A stretch of 64,000 bases of DNA from an uncultured virus (IMG/VR IMGVR_UViG_3300013004_000029). Taxonomy: Duplodnaviria > Heunggongvirae > Uroviricota > Caudoviricetes. Below the pieces are notes generated by a model, which made no database searches, was not told the DNA's origin, and worked only from the letters and a program-made list of their open reading frames with translations. Location: the IMG/VR virus record IMGVR_UViG_3300013004_000029; one strand, given 5' to 3'. Both the position numbers and the translations under genes were made by a program. This document shows positions 54,399 through 63,291 of this stretch, piece by piece (the stretch's first letter is position 1; every line of letters starts with the position of its first letter).

Positions 54399-55404
54399 AG
54401 CTATATGCTTTAATATCAGAGTTAACCATATCTTCTACTAATTCTGCAAAAGAAATTTCTGGAACCCAACCTAGCTGTTTACGAGCCTTTTCTGGAGATC
54501 CTTTAAGATATTCTACTTCTGCTGGACGATAAAGATTAGCATCAATTTCAACATGTTGAGTATAGTCTAAATTAACTAAGCCAAATGCTATCTTAAGAAA
54601 ATCTAATACTGTTCTAGTTTCTCCGGTAGCTATAACATAATCATCAGGAACATCTTCTTGCAACATCATCCACATTGCTCTTACGTAATCTTTGGCGTGT
54701 CCCCAATCTCTATGAATATTAATATTGCCTAATTTAAGCGTACTGGTTGTATCTATACCTGTAACTAATTTGCCTATGTATTTTGTTATTTTACGAGTTA
54801 CAAAATTTTCGCCTCTTCGTGGACTTTCGTGATTAAACAGAATACCGGAACACCCAAACAGACCATAGCCATCTCTATAAATTTGTACCATTCGATGAGC
54901 GGCTAGTTTGGAAACGCCGTATGGACTTTGTGGCATAAATTCTGTATTCTCGTCTTGATATGTTTCATTAGAAGCATAGTCTACAGATACGTTTCTCCCA
55001 AACATTTCACTAGTACTAGCCTGATAAAACTTGGTATCTGATGAATAATTTCTTATAGCTTCTAGTATATTAATAACTCCAGTAGTATTAATATCTATAG
55101 TTGTACTTGGTTGTTTGAAACTAGTACCAACATGGCTTTGTGCAGCTAAATTATAGAATTCATTTGGTTGAAACTTTGAAACCATTGCTGATACTGCGGA
55201 AGGATCAGTCAAGTCGAATTCTTCTAGCTGGAAGTTAGGATTATGAATGATATTATTTAATCTTTGAAAATTATTACTGCTACTTCTGCGATATAAACCT
55301 ATTACAGTATATCCTTTGGATAAAAGAAGTTCTGATAAATATGATCCGTCTTGTCCGGTCACTCCGGTAACCATAGCAATTTGATTATATTCTTTAGTTT
55401 TCAT
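54391..55404 (-). CDS. gmd: GDP-mannose 4,6-dehydratase
   Basis: GVTGQDGSYL, NLAAQSHV, YQASTSEMFG, SPYGVSK, NHESPRRGENFVTRKI, RDWGHAKDYV. Confidence 0.97.
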   Translation of the reverse strand: MKTKEYNQIAMVTGVTGQDGSYLSELLLSKGYTVIGLYRRSSSNNFQRLNNIIHNPNFQLEEFDLTDPSAVSAMVSKFQPNEFYNLAAQSHVGTSFKQPSTTIDINTTGVINILEAIRNYSSDTKFYQASTSEMFGRNVSVDYASNETYQDENTEFMPQSPYGVSKLAAHRMVQIYRDGYGLFGCSGILFNHESPRRGENFVTRKITKYIGKLVTGIDTTSTLKLGNINIHRDWGHAKDYVRAMWMMLQEDVPDDYVIATGETRTVLDFLKIAFGLVNLDYTQHVEIDANLYRPAEVEYLKGSPEKARKQLGWVPEISFAELVEDMVNSDIKAYSYV

Positions 55405-55405
55405 A

Positions 55406-56212
55406 TTATTCTTCCACACTTTCCGGTGTTAAAAAAGGTTTGTCTACGGATCCATCATTGTATTGATGCAGTGAAAACATTTTGTCTCTGGCCTTTTGAG
55501 TTGCCATAGCAAGTATTTCCATCTGCTTTCCTTCTTTCTCTCGTATTTCTTCGTCTTCTAGCATTCTTATTAGTCCTACCCATGAACTTTTACCATCTTC
55601 TACTCGTTTAATTCTTTGTTCCCTAGTTGCCTTAAGATCCTTACTGATTTTTTGCTGTTCATTAAGGAGCTTTGTATATTCATTAGTATAATTAGCGATG
55701 CTGTTGCGGGCAAAGCTAAGTTGTGTTTCAAGGTTGGCCAGTTTTGGAATATCTCTTTGATCTTCTGGTTTAGCATATTCAGCATCCACAAGCTTTTGTA
55801 ATTTGTCGGTATCTGCTATGTGACGTTTACGCTCTTTCATGCTGCGATTAATAAGAATATCGATAGTTATAAATTGTTTGATTTGTAATTCTTCTGCTGG
55901 TAAAACGTCTTCTCTAAATTGTTTTATTAAACCTATCCATGTATCTTCAAAGTATTTTAATTCTCCATTATTATCATCAAATTGACGAACAATTTCTTCC
56001 CAGAAAGTTTTAGCATGGAGTTTGTACCTTAAGGTTTCGTCATCTTTCTTTTCGTCTGGGGAAGCAAAAAGCTTTTGTTCTTCTATGTATCTCTTAATAG
56101 GTGCTGTGCTTCTGTTTAGATACTCAGCAATCTGTTCTATTGACAATGAATTTACATTGTCTCTTATGTATTTTTCTTCATCAAGAGATAATTGGCCGCG
56201 CTTTTTATTCAT
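55406..56212 (-). CDS. HTH plus coiled-coil protein, candidate terminase small subunit
   Basis: N-terminal EEKYIRDN...SIEQIAEYLNRS HTH, long coiled coil, upstream of TerL. Confidence 0.4.
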   Translation of the reverse strand: MNKKRGQLSLDEEKYIRDNVNSLSIEQIAEYLNRSTAPIKRYIEEQKLFASPDEKKDDETLRYKLHAKTFWEEIVRQFDDNNGELKYFEDTWIGLIKQFREDVLPAEELQIKQFITIDILINRSMKERKRHIADTDKLQKLVDAEYAKPEDQRDIPKLANLETQLSFARNSIANYTNEYTKLLNEQQKISKDLKATREQRIKRVEDGKSSWVGLIRMLEDEEIREKEGKQMEILAMATQKARDKMFSLHQYNDGSVDKPFLTPESVEE

Positions 56213-56840
56213 TGTCGGTTATTATTTCCTGTATATGTTTTTGTAATTTTTTAATATCTGCCTTATGAACCTTAACCCCGTGTTTTAACCGCAAATAAAT
56301 CTCCCTATGTTCCCCTTGAAGAACCTCATCCAACTTCTTGATCAATTCTTTGTTACCCATAATATCCTGAAAATCTTCACTATCTTTATTACGTAGTAAT
56401 GATTGGTCTTCTATTGTGGTGGGTTTCATAATATTTTTTTTACTATCATTCCTATCATGCCACTTTTTATATAACTCACACTCCATTTGATTGGCAAACT
56501 CTGTACATTGATTATTAGAGTTTTTAAAGTGTTTATCATAAAATGGACAGGTTAAACAAGGCTTGTCAGGACGCTTGTAATTGTCTCTTTTGTAATTAAA
56601 GAGCCTATTTCTTACATGGGTCCACAAGAAATTTTCCAAAGGTCTTTTATTATCGTATTTTTCTAATCCTTCCAGGGCAAATACAGCTGCCTGCTGATAC
56701 ATATCATCATAGCTATGATAACCGAATTTGAATTTATGGCCCAATCTTTTGCTTATATTATCAAGTACTTTTAAAAATTCTTCTTCGCTAACATTATTTG
56801 GTAATGAACTATTATTTGTTGTCTTCTTTTTTTTCTTCAT
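56205..56840 (-). CDS. Phage sigma-70-like factor with Cys-rich insert
   Basis: Region-2-like YDDMYQQAAVFALEGLEKYDNKRPLENFLWTHVRNRLFNYKRD; CLTC...C...C insert. Confidence 0.7.
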   Translation of the reverse strand: MKKKKKTTNNSSLPNNVSEEEFLKVLDNISKRLGHKFKFGYHSYDDMYQQAAVFALEGLEKYDNKRPLENFLWTHVRNRLFNYKRDNYKRPDKPCLTCPFYDKHFKNSNNQCTEFANQMECELYKKWHDRNDSKKNIMKPTTIEDQSLLRNKDSEDFQDIMGNKELIKKLDEVLQGEHREIYLRLKHGVKVHKADIKKLQKHIQEIITDNE

Positions 56841-56973
56841 CTTCTAAAAGCTCTGCTATGCTTTTCCCTTCGTCTAGTTGTAATTCTTCCGGAGTTACGA
56901 TAGCACCGTCTGTAGCGCAAGCTTTGATTTCTAAAACTGATGGTACGATTTTAATCTCATCAAAATTATTCAT
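56812..56973 (-). CDS. Small acidic protein (53 aa, not in ORF track)
   Basis: MNNFDEIKIVPSVLEIKACATDG...EDEEKKEDNK*; GGGAG RBS; first gene after the leftward promoter. Confidence 0.6.
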   Translation of the reverse strand: MNNFDEIKIVPSVLEIKACATDGAIVTPEELQLDEGKSIAELLEDEEKKEDNK

Positions 56974-57003
56974 TAAATTTCTCCCGTATTAGGATTGTAT
57001 ACT

Positions 57004-57032
57004 ATAATACTTTTTTGTACACTTTCTGTCAA
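57004..57032 (-). promoter_or_regulatory. Sigma70-type promoter for the leftward operon
   Basis: Minus strand TTGACA-17 nt-TATTAT. Confidence 0.75.
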
Positions 57033-57064
57033 TAAGATTATCAAATTTAAAAACCAAATACTAC

Positions 57065-57092
57065 TTGCATAATATTACCAATAGAGTACTAT
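57065..57092 (+). promoter_or_regulatory. Possible sigma70-type promoter for the rightward sugar operon
   Basis: TTGCAT-16 nt-TACTAT. Confidence 0.45.
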
Positions 57093-57133
57093 ACTACAAG
57101 GTGTGAGGGATTTTTTTCAGAAGGAGACTAAAT

Positions 57134-57370
57134 ATGGCTAATTATAAGAAATGGACCCAATCGGATCTAGAATTTATTCAGAACAATCAGAAGCTATATA
57201 GTGATGACGAATTGGCCGCAAAGCTATCTCAAATTTGTGGTCAAAATATTACTACCGCTATGATTAGGCGACAAAGACGCAAGCTACATATTGAAAAGCC
57301 AAAGGGCAGGCGTCCAAAGAATAGGGTTGTGTCGAATGAAGCGCCAGCTGTTCAACCAACCGCCAACTAA
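57134..57370 (+). CDS. Small HTH DNA-binding protein
   Basis: KKWTQSDLEFI...SDDELAAKL...TAMIRRQRRKL; AAGGAG RBS. Confidence 0.65.
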   Translation: MANYKKWTQSDLEFIQNNQKLYSDDELAAKLSQICGQNITTAMIRRQRRKLHIEKPKGRRPKNRVVSNEAPAVQPTAN

Positions 57371-57391
57371 GTTTTATAGAGAACTTATCAA

Positions 57392-59218
57392 ATGTGTGGT
57401 ATAGTAGCTTACAAGGGCGGGCAGAAATGCTTGCCCTTTTTGCTTGAAGGATTAAAAAGATTAGAATACCGGGGCTATGATAGTGCCGGAATTAGTTACA
57501 TTATGTTTCATAAGATTGTGACTAAAAAGCAGGCAGGATGTGTTGCAGATCTAAAAGCAATTATTGATACTGAACATGGATCTACTGCCAGGGTGGGTAT
57601 TGGCCATACTAGGTGGGCAACTCATGGCAAACCATGTTCAAGAAATGCTCATCCTCATAATACTTTAGACAATCGATTAAGTATGGTTCATAATGGTATT
57701 ATTGAGAATTATTTAACTTTAAAGGAAGAGTTATTACAAAAGGGATATCTATTTAAGAGTGATACCGATAGTGAGGTTTTGCTCTATTTAATTTATGATT
57801 ATCTTATTAAAGAAACTGGGGATTTGTGCGAAGCTGTAAAACTAGCTTCAGAAAGAGCTACCGGGGCCTTTGCTATTGTCATATTAGACATATTAAATCC
57901 AAATACTCTGGTTTGTGCAAAAAGAGGGAGTCCTTTGGTTGTGGGCGAAAATGATGGAGAGTTCTTTGTGGCATCTGATGGTATAGCTATACATGAACAT
58001 TGTAATGAAATTATAGTGCTAGAGGATAATACTATATGTAAAATTAGTGATAAAATAGAATTATTTAATATGGATGGTCAAATAGTATCACCGTGTAATG
58101 TACAAAAATTATATTATCAGTTATTCAATATAGAAAAGGGTGAGTTTGATCACTTTATGTTAAAAGAAATATACGAACAACCACGATGCATAGAAGATTG
58201 TACTAGTGGGCGAATCGATGGATATAGAATGATGTTGGGGGGACTTGTGGGATATGAAGATAAAATATCTAACGCTAAACATATAACTATATTAGGTTGT
58301 GGTACTAGCTGGCACGCTGGATTATTAGCCAAGTATTATTTAGAGGAATTTTGTCATATTAAAGTTAGTGTGGAATATGCTAGTGAATATAGATATAGAA
58401 AGCCATATATAGATAGCGAAGATATAGTTATAGGTATTAGTCAAAGTGGTGAAACTGCTGATACTTTGAGCGCATTAGAGCTAGCTAAAAGTAAGGGAGC
58501 TTTTATTATTGGTATTTGTAATACTCCTAATTCCTCTATGGTTAGATTAACTGATTGTGGAATATTTCTTAGAGCAGGAATGGAGATTGGTGTTGCAAGT
58601 ACAAAAGCGTTTACAACACAGGTCGTATCTCTCCTAATGTTAAGTTTATGGATAGAACAAAATAAATCTGAGCGTCCTATGGATATTGATTATAGAAAAG
58701 CTCTTATTAATGATTTGAGAAATTTACCTGATACTATGAGAAAAGCTTTGGATGGACAAAAAATAGAATCAATAGCTAAAAAGTTTATTAAAGCTAAAAA
58801 TTGTTTGTATCTTGGGCGTCAATATAATTTTCCTGTGGCTTTAGAGGGTGCATTAAAATTAAAAGAAATTAGTTATGTTCATGCTGAAGGATATCCGGCA
58901 GCAGAAATGAAACACGGACCTATTGCTCTAATAGATAAAAATATGCCTGTGGTAGTAGTAACTAATCACAAGAACCATTATGATAAGATATATAATAATA
59001 TTAAAGAAATTCAAGCTAGAGAAGGAAAAATAATATCTATTAATGATAGTAATAGTTCTATTGGAGACTATAATATATGTGTACCTCAAATTATTGATCC
59101 GTTATCTCCGTTGGTTTCTATAATTCCTTTGCAACTGTTTGCTTATTATAGTGCTGTAATTAGAGGGTGTAATGTGGATAAACCTAGGAATTTAGCTAAA
59201 AGTGTAACCGTGGAGTAA
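57392..59218 (+). CDS. glmS: Glutamine--fructose-6-phosphate aminotransferase
   Basis: MCGIV, LEYRGYDSAG, GHTRWATHG, SQSGETADT, EGALKLKEISY, PRNLAKSVTVE. Confidence 0.98.
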   Translation: MCGIVAYKGGQKCLPFLLEGLKRLEYRGYDSAGISYIMFHKIVTKKQAGCVADLKAIIDTEHGSTARVGIGHTRWATHGKPCSRNAHPHNTLDNRLSMVHNGIIENYLTLKEELLQKGYLFKSDTDSEVLLYLIYDYLIKETGDLCEAVKLASERATGAFAIVILDILNPNTLVCAKRGSPLVVGENDGEFFVASDGIAIHEHCNEIIVLEDNTICKISDKIELFNMDGQIVSPCNVQKLYYQLFNIEKGEFDHFMLKEIYEQPRCIEDCTSGRIDGYRMMLGGLVGYEDKISNAKHITILGCGTSWHAGLLAKYYLEEFCHIKVSVEYASEYRYRKPYIDSEDIVIGISQSGETADTLSALELAKSKGAFIIGICNTPNSSMVRLTDCGIFLRAGMEIGVASTKAFTTQVVSLLMLSLWIEQNKSERPMDIDYRKALINDLRNLPDTMRKALDGQKIESIAKKFIKAKNCLYLGRQYNFPVALEGALKLKEISYVHAEGYPAAEMKHGPIALIDKNMPVVVVTNHKNHYDKIYNNIKEIQAREGKIISINDSNSSIGDYNICVPQIIDPLSPLVSIIPLQLFAYYSAVIRGCNVDKPRNLAKSVTVE

Positions 59219-59221
59219 ATT

Positions 59222-60142
59222 ATGAAAATTCTTTTAACTGGCGGATATGGTTTTCTGGGGCGATATGTATATGATAAATTAATAGCTAGTGGATATAATG
59301 ATACAAAAATATTTGGATCTAAAGAGTATGATTTAAGAGATAAAGATCAGACACTAAAGCTTGTAGATAGTTATAAACCTGATGCTGTTATTCATTTAGC
59401 TGCTACTGTTGGTGGCATAGGTGCCAACATGAAAAATCCTGGAGTGTATTTTTACGAAAATATGGTTATGGGATTAAATCTGATAGAGAGCAGCAGAGTT
59501 GTAGGAATTAATAAATTTGTGCAGGTTGGGACGGTGTGTTCTTATCCTAAATATTGTGCTGTGCCATTTAGAGAAGATGATTTGTGGGAAGGCTATCCTG
59601 AAGAAACAAATGCTCCTTATGGAGTTGCTAAGAAAGCGTTATATGTAATGTTAGAAGCATATAAAAAACAATATAACTTTAATAGTACTATTTTGATACC
59701 TTGTAATTTATATGGTCCATACGATAATTTTAATCCAGATTCTAGTCATGTTATACCAGCATTAATTAAAAAGGTGGCGGAAGCCAAGGAATATGGAGAC
59801 AATGGCATAGAGTGTTGGGGAACTGGTAGTGCTACTAGAGAATTTTTATATGCTGAAGATGCAGCAGAGGCTATTGTTAAAAGTATTAAAATAGATACTG
59901 CTCCGTCTCCTATTAATCTTGGTACTGGTGAGGATATTAGTATAAAAAATTTAATTGACACCATATGTAGTGTTATGGACTATAATGGAACAATTGTGTG
60001 GGATACATCTAAGCCAGATGGTCAACCTAGAAGAAAATTAGATGTATCATTATCTAACAAAATTTTAGGATGGAAAGCTAAAACTCAATTGCGTGATGGT
60101 TTACAAAAAACAATAGAATGGTATTTAAGGAGAAGTACATGA
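59222..60142 (+). CDS. fcl: GDP-L-fucose synthase (epimerase-reductase)
   Basis: GGYGFLG, LAATVGGIGAN, CSYPK, YGVAK, NLYGPYDNF, SHVIPALI, WGTGSATREFLY, KPDGQPRR. Confidence 0.95.
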   Translation: MKILLTGGYGFLGRYVYDKLIASGYNDTKIFGSKEYDLRDKDQTLKLVDSYKPDAVIHLAATVGGIGANMKNPGVYFYENMVMGLNLIESSRVVGINKFVQVGTVCSYPKYCAVPFREDDLWEGYPEETNAPYGVAKKALYVMLEAYKKQYNFNSTILIPCNLYGPYDNFNPDSSHVIPALIKKVAEAKEYGDNGIECWGTGSATREFLYAEDAAEAIVKSIKIDTAPSPINLGTGEDISIKNLIDTICSVMDYNGTIVWDTSKPDGQPRRKLDVSLSNKILGWKAKTQLRDGLQKTIEWYLRRST

Positions 60143-60465
60143 AAAATTTATTAGCGTCTTTTATTTTTGTAGTACTACTATGTTCGTCTTCATACGCTCA
60201 ACAAGTAGTAGTACCTGTGACTAGTTATGTTCCAACTACAGTAGTTAATAATGTTGTTGTACCGGTATATAGTACGTACTATAGACCTGTAACTACTTAC
60301 TACTATAATCCTGTTGTGGCTGCTCCTGTGTGGATAGCTCCTCCATACTACAATTATATTGTACAAGAACGAGCGGGCTTGTTTGGATGTCAAAGAACTT
60401 ATGTTAATATAGTTCCTAATTATCCTGGATTTTTTTATGGAAATCAAATTATTAGACCATACTGA
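60139..60465 (+). CDS. Secreted Tyr/Val/Pro-rich protein
   Basis: Signal peptide MKNLLASFIFVVLLCSSSYA; VTTYYYNPVVAAPV; AGGAG RBS; ATGA overlap with the fcl stop. Confidence 0.65.
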   Translation: MKNLLASFIFVVLLCSSSYAQQVVVPVTSYVPTTVVNNVVVPVYSTYYRPVTTYYYNPVVAAPVWIAPPYYNYIVQERAGLFGCQRTYVNIVPNYPGFFYGNQIIRPY

Positions 60466-60868
60466 TAATATTTCTCAGTATCTAGAATGTGTGGCCTCAC
60501 TAAATAATAGTGGGGTCGTATTGTGTGACGAGGAAAGCATTAAGTTTGCTCTGGAAGCTAGACCAAGTAATATATTAACATTCGTAGGAATAGTAGATAA
60601 TAATATTGTCTGTACTGCTACTACAATTATGGAGCGTAAATTAAGATATAAACAGCTATGCTGTCATATAGAAGATGTTGCTGTTCATCCATCTCAACAA
60701 GGAAAAGGGTATGGAAAAGAAATTGTAGATCATTGTATCAAAGTAGCAAAAAAGAATAATTGTTATAAGGTTAAATTAAATTGTAATCCTAGTTTAGTGG
60801 AATTCTATAAAAAAATTGGTTTTGATGATGGTGGAATGCATATGGTTTTAAATCCTATTGACACCTGA
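60437..60868 (+). CDS. Glucosamine-6-phosphate N-acetyltransferase (GNA1-like GNAT)
   Basis: TATTIMERK...HIEDVAV...QGKGYG...CYKVKLNC...FYKKIGF; in an operon with glmS. Confidence 0.85.
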   Translation: MEIKLLDHTDNISQYLECVASLNNSGVVLCDEESIKFALEARPSNILTFVGIVDNNIVCTATTIMERKLRYKQLCCHIEDVAVHPSQQGKGYGKEIVDHCIKVAKKNNCYKVKLNCNPSLVEFYKKIGFDDGGMHMVLNPIDT

Positions 60869-60929
60869 ATTTTTTTTGGTAAATTGCGAGAAGTTCAGAT
60901 TTGTCACAACTTTTCGTAAGGACACGACC

Positions 60930-62528
60930 ATGAACAAAAAAGTTCTAGGCATAGAGAATTTGGAATCTAGAACCCTCTTGTCAGTAGCTCCTAATGATAC
61001 TTTCTTAAATAACCAATGGGGTTTAAATAATATATCGTCGTTTGGAGCTTGGAGTCAAAATACAGGCTCTAAAAGCGTTGTGGTGGCTATTATAGATAGC
61101 GGTATAGACCTAACACATAAAGATCTCAAAGATAATTTATGGATAAATCCTGGAGAAATTCCAAATGATGGTATAGATAATGAGGGGGATGGATATATAG
61201 ATGATGTTAATGGATGGAATTTTGCAAACAATAATAATGACGTGCAGGACAGATATGGTCATGGAACTCATATTGCTGGAATAATTGGTGCAGTGGGGAA
61301 CAATTCTTTGGGTGTTGCTGGCGTTAATTGGAATGTTAGTCTAATGCCTCTTAAGTTTTTAGATGATAAGGGGGTTGGAGATACGGGTGGCGCTTTGGCT
61401 GCTATGGATTATATCCTAATGATGAAGAACTCTTACCATATAAATATTGTGGTTGCTAATGCTAGCTGGGGTGGAGGAATTGGCTTTAGTAATATGTTGT
61501 ATGGGGAGATTCAAAAATTAAATGATGCTAATATACTACTAAGTGTGGCTGCTGGAAATAATGGTAGTGATAATGATATTACTTTAAGATATCCTAGTTG
61601 TTTTGATATTCCTAATATTATTAGTGTGGGGGCTTTGGGATATGATGGAATACATTTAGCATCATATTCTAATTATGGCGCCGTTCAAGTTGATCTGGCT
61701 GCTCCTGGTGGTATGATATATTCAACATTGCCATGGAATAGTTATGGGTATTTAAGTGGAACTAGTATGGCTGCTCCTTTTGTTACCGGGACTGTGGCTT
61801 TATTAAATGCAGTTAAGTCTAATTTGAGTGTTGCAGAAGTTAAGAATGCTATATTTGCCGGGGTGGATAAAATACCAGAGTTGTTTGGTAAGGTTGCTAC
61901 TAATGGAAAATTAAATGTTGAGGCTGCTGTTGATAGTTTGCTGGGAATTCCGTATGAACATAATAAGGCTCCTATAGGATCTATTAACTATCAGTCATTA
62001 AGGCTTGTTGGGGGCTGGGCAAAAGATCCTGATAGTTTGGTATCTGTTAATGTTCAATTATGGATAGATAATAATCTGGTAGGATCAAAGATAACAAACT
62101 CTGATGGAGGTTTCGTTTTTAATCTGGGTGGCCTGACAGTAGGGGATCATATTATAAATATCAAGGCTCAGGACGTTCAAAGCAAATCTTGGACAGATAT
62201 AGCTTCGACCAAGGTTACTATAAAGCCTCCTGTGGTTCATGTTGGCTTCTTATCAATCAACAGAGTTGTTGGCTGGGCGTATAGTGAAAGATCTGGTTCT
62301 TCTCCTGTGGTTGTTAGAATACTAGTGAACAATAGACTGGTGGCATCTCAGTGGGCTAATGGATATAGACCAGCATTACAAGCTTCTTTGGGTAGCTCGT
62401 ATCATGGTTTTAATATCTCATTAGATAGGATCTGGTTTCATAGAGGATCAAATAATATAAAGATTCAGGTATACGACCCTATTTCAAAACAAGTTTCAAT
62501 AGCATGGACAGGAACAACATATAAATAA
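60930..62528 (+). CDS. S8 subtilisin-like serine protease with Planctomycete-type LEPRxLL leader and C-terminal Ig-like domains
   Basis: Catalytic triad IIDSGID / HGTHIAG / GTSMAAP; AAGN oxyanion motif; N-terminus MNKKVLGIENLESRTLLS; AAGGA RBS before ATG 60930. Confidence 0.9.
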   Translation: MNKKVLGIENLESRTLLSVAPNDTFLNNQWGLNNISSFGAWSQNTGSKSVVVAIIDSGIDLTHKDLKDNLWINPGEIPNDGIDNEGDGYIDDVNGWNFANNNNDVQDRYGHGTHIAGIIGAVGNNSLGVAGVNWNVSLMPLKFLDDKGVGDTGGALAAMDYILMMKNSYHINIVVANASWGGGIGFSNMLYGEIQKLNDANILLSVAAGNNGSDNDITLRYPSCFDIPNIISVGALGYDGIHLASYSNYGAVQVDLAAPGGMIYSTLPWNSYGYLSGTSMAAPFVTGTVALLNAVKSNLSVAEVKNAIFAGVDKIPELFGKVATNGKLNVEAAVDSLLGIPYEHNKAPIGSINYQSLRLVGGWAKDPDSLVSVNVQLWIDNNLVGSKITNSDGGFVFNLGGLTVGDHIINIKAQDVQSKSWTDIASTKVTIKPPVVHVGFLSINRVVGWAYSERSGSSPVVVRILVNNRLVASQWANGYRPALQASLGSSYHGFNISLDRIWFHRGSNNIKIQVYDPISKQVSIAWTGTTYK

Positions 62529-62623
62529 ACTGGCCAATTCTATATAGGGGTGCCTACTTTTTTTAGACCACCGCAGGGTTTCCCTAATTTTTCGACAGTA
62601 CTTACCCAAAACGAAAAAACCCC

Positions 62624-62705
62624 CCTAAGTTGTTGAGGGGTATGGACTTACGTTGAGTTTTATCCGCAAAATTTGACGTAAGTTCTTTATCTGTATGTAC
62701 TTATG
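62624..62705. repeat. Pair of palindromic sites C[CG]TAAGT-N15-ACTTA[CT]G
   Basis: 62624-62652 CCTAAGT-N15-ACTTACG and 62677-62705 CGTAAGT-N15-ACTTATG. Confidence 0.75.
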
Positions 62706-62746
62706 TCATATCTCGTAAAAAAACCAAAAAAATTTTCTCTAAGGTA

Positions 62747-62775
62747 TTGACACGGGAAAAGACGATATGTATAAT
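62747..62775 (+). promoter_or_regulatory. Consensus sigma70 promoter P1
   Basis: TTGACA-17 nt-TATAAT with A-tracts upstream. Confidence 0.9.
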
Positions 62776-62803
62776 GCGTTCAACACAAGAGGAGATGAGA
62801 AAA

Positions 62804-63043
62804 ATGGTTACCTTGAACACCCGAGACGAGTTGGTTGAGTTCCTGTACGGTGCGAACAGCACTTGCCCCGATACTCTGGTTGGTGTGGCTCGTATTGGTG
62901 GAGAGTTGCTTGAGGAGGCTCTGACCTGTGAGCTTTCTGACGGTACTTTCAGCATCAACGATTTCTTCCCGATGGGCGATGAGGGTGAGGGTATCACCGT
63001 TGATCGTGAGGGAACGATCTTGAACGACTATCTGTACTACTGA
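62804..63043 (+). CDS. Small acidic early protein
   Basis: MVTLNTRDELVEF... downstream of P1 and GAGGAG (alternative ATG at 62795). Confidence 0.7.
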   Translation: MVTLNTRDELVEFLYGANSTCPDTLVGVARIGGELLEEALTCELSDGTFSINDFFPMGDEGEGITVDREGTILNDYLYY

Positions 63044-63049
63044 TCAGTA

Positions 63050-63077
63050 TTGACACGATCAAAAATCTTGCTAAAAT
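63050..63077 (+). promoter_or_regulatory. Sigma70 promoter P2
   Basis: TTGACA-16 nt-TAAAAT with a TG extended -10. Confidence 0.75.
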
Positions 63078-63102
63078 AGGGACATCAGAAAGAGAGAAAG
63101 AA

Positions 63103-63291
63103 ATGAATAGCAACTACTTCCAGCCATCGTTTGACACAATGCAGACTAGCACGATTCAGTTGACCTTGCGTGAGGCACAGATACAACTCAATCATGCGAA
63201 GGGTGCGGTGAGAGAGGTACTGTGCGAAGTGATTAGGGCTGCTGCTACTGAACTTCTGATCAGGTATAGAGCAAATAAGAATACGCTCTAA
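63103..63291 (+). CDS. Small early protein (62 aa)
   Basis: ORF follows P2 with a purine-rich leader. Confidence 0.6.
   Translation: MNSNYFQPSFDTMQTSTIQLTLREAQIQLNHAKGAVREVLCEVIRAAATELLIRYRANKNTL

Noticed and set aside
43154..60868. Eukaryotic giant virus origin suggested by GNA1, gmd/fcl, RCC1 and mucin tracts
   Set aside because: TerL-portal-protease-MCP-tail tube-TMP synteny, Shine-Dalgarno sites and sigma70 promoters show a tailed bacteriophage.
60858..60929. Track start of the S8 protease at 60858 (TTG), and likewise 62747
   Set aside because: These TTG codons are part of TTGACA -35-like boxes; downstream ATGs with RBS (60930, 62804/62795) fit better.
62530..62745. tRNA or other structured ncRNA in the non-coding gap
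   Set aside because: No cloverleaf or T-loop motif; only short palindromes and A/T tracts.
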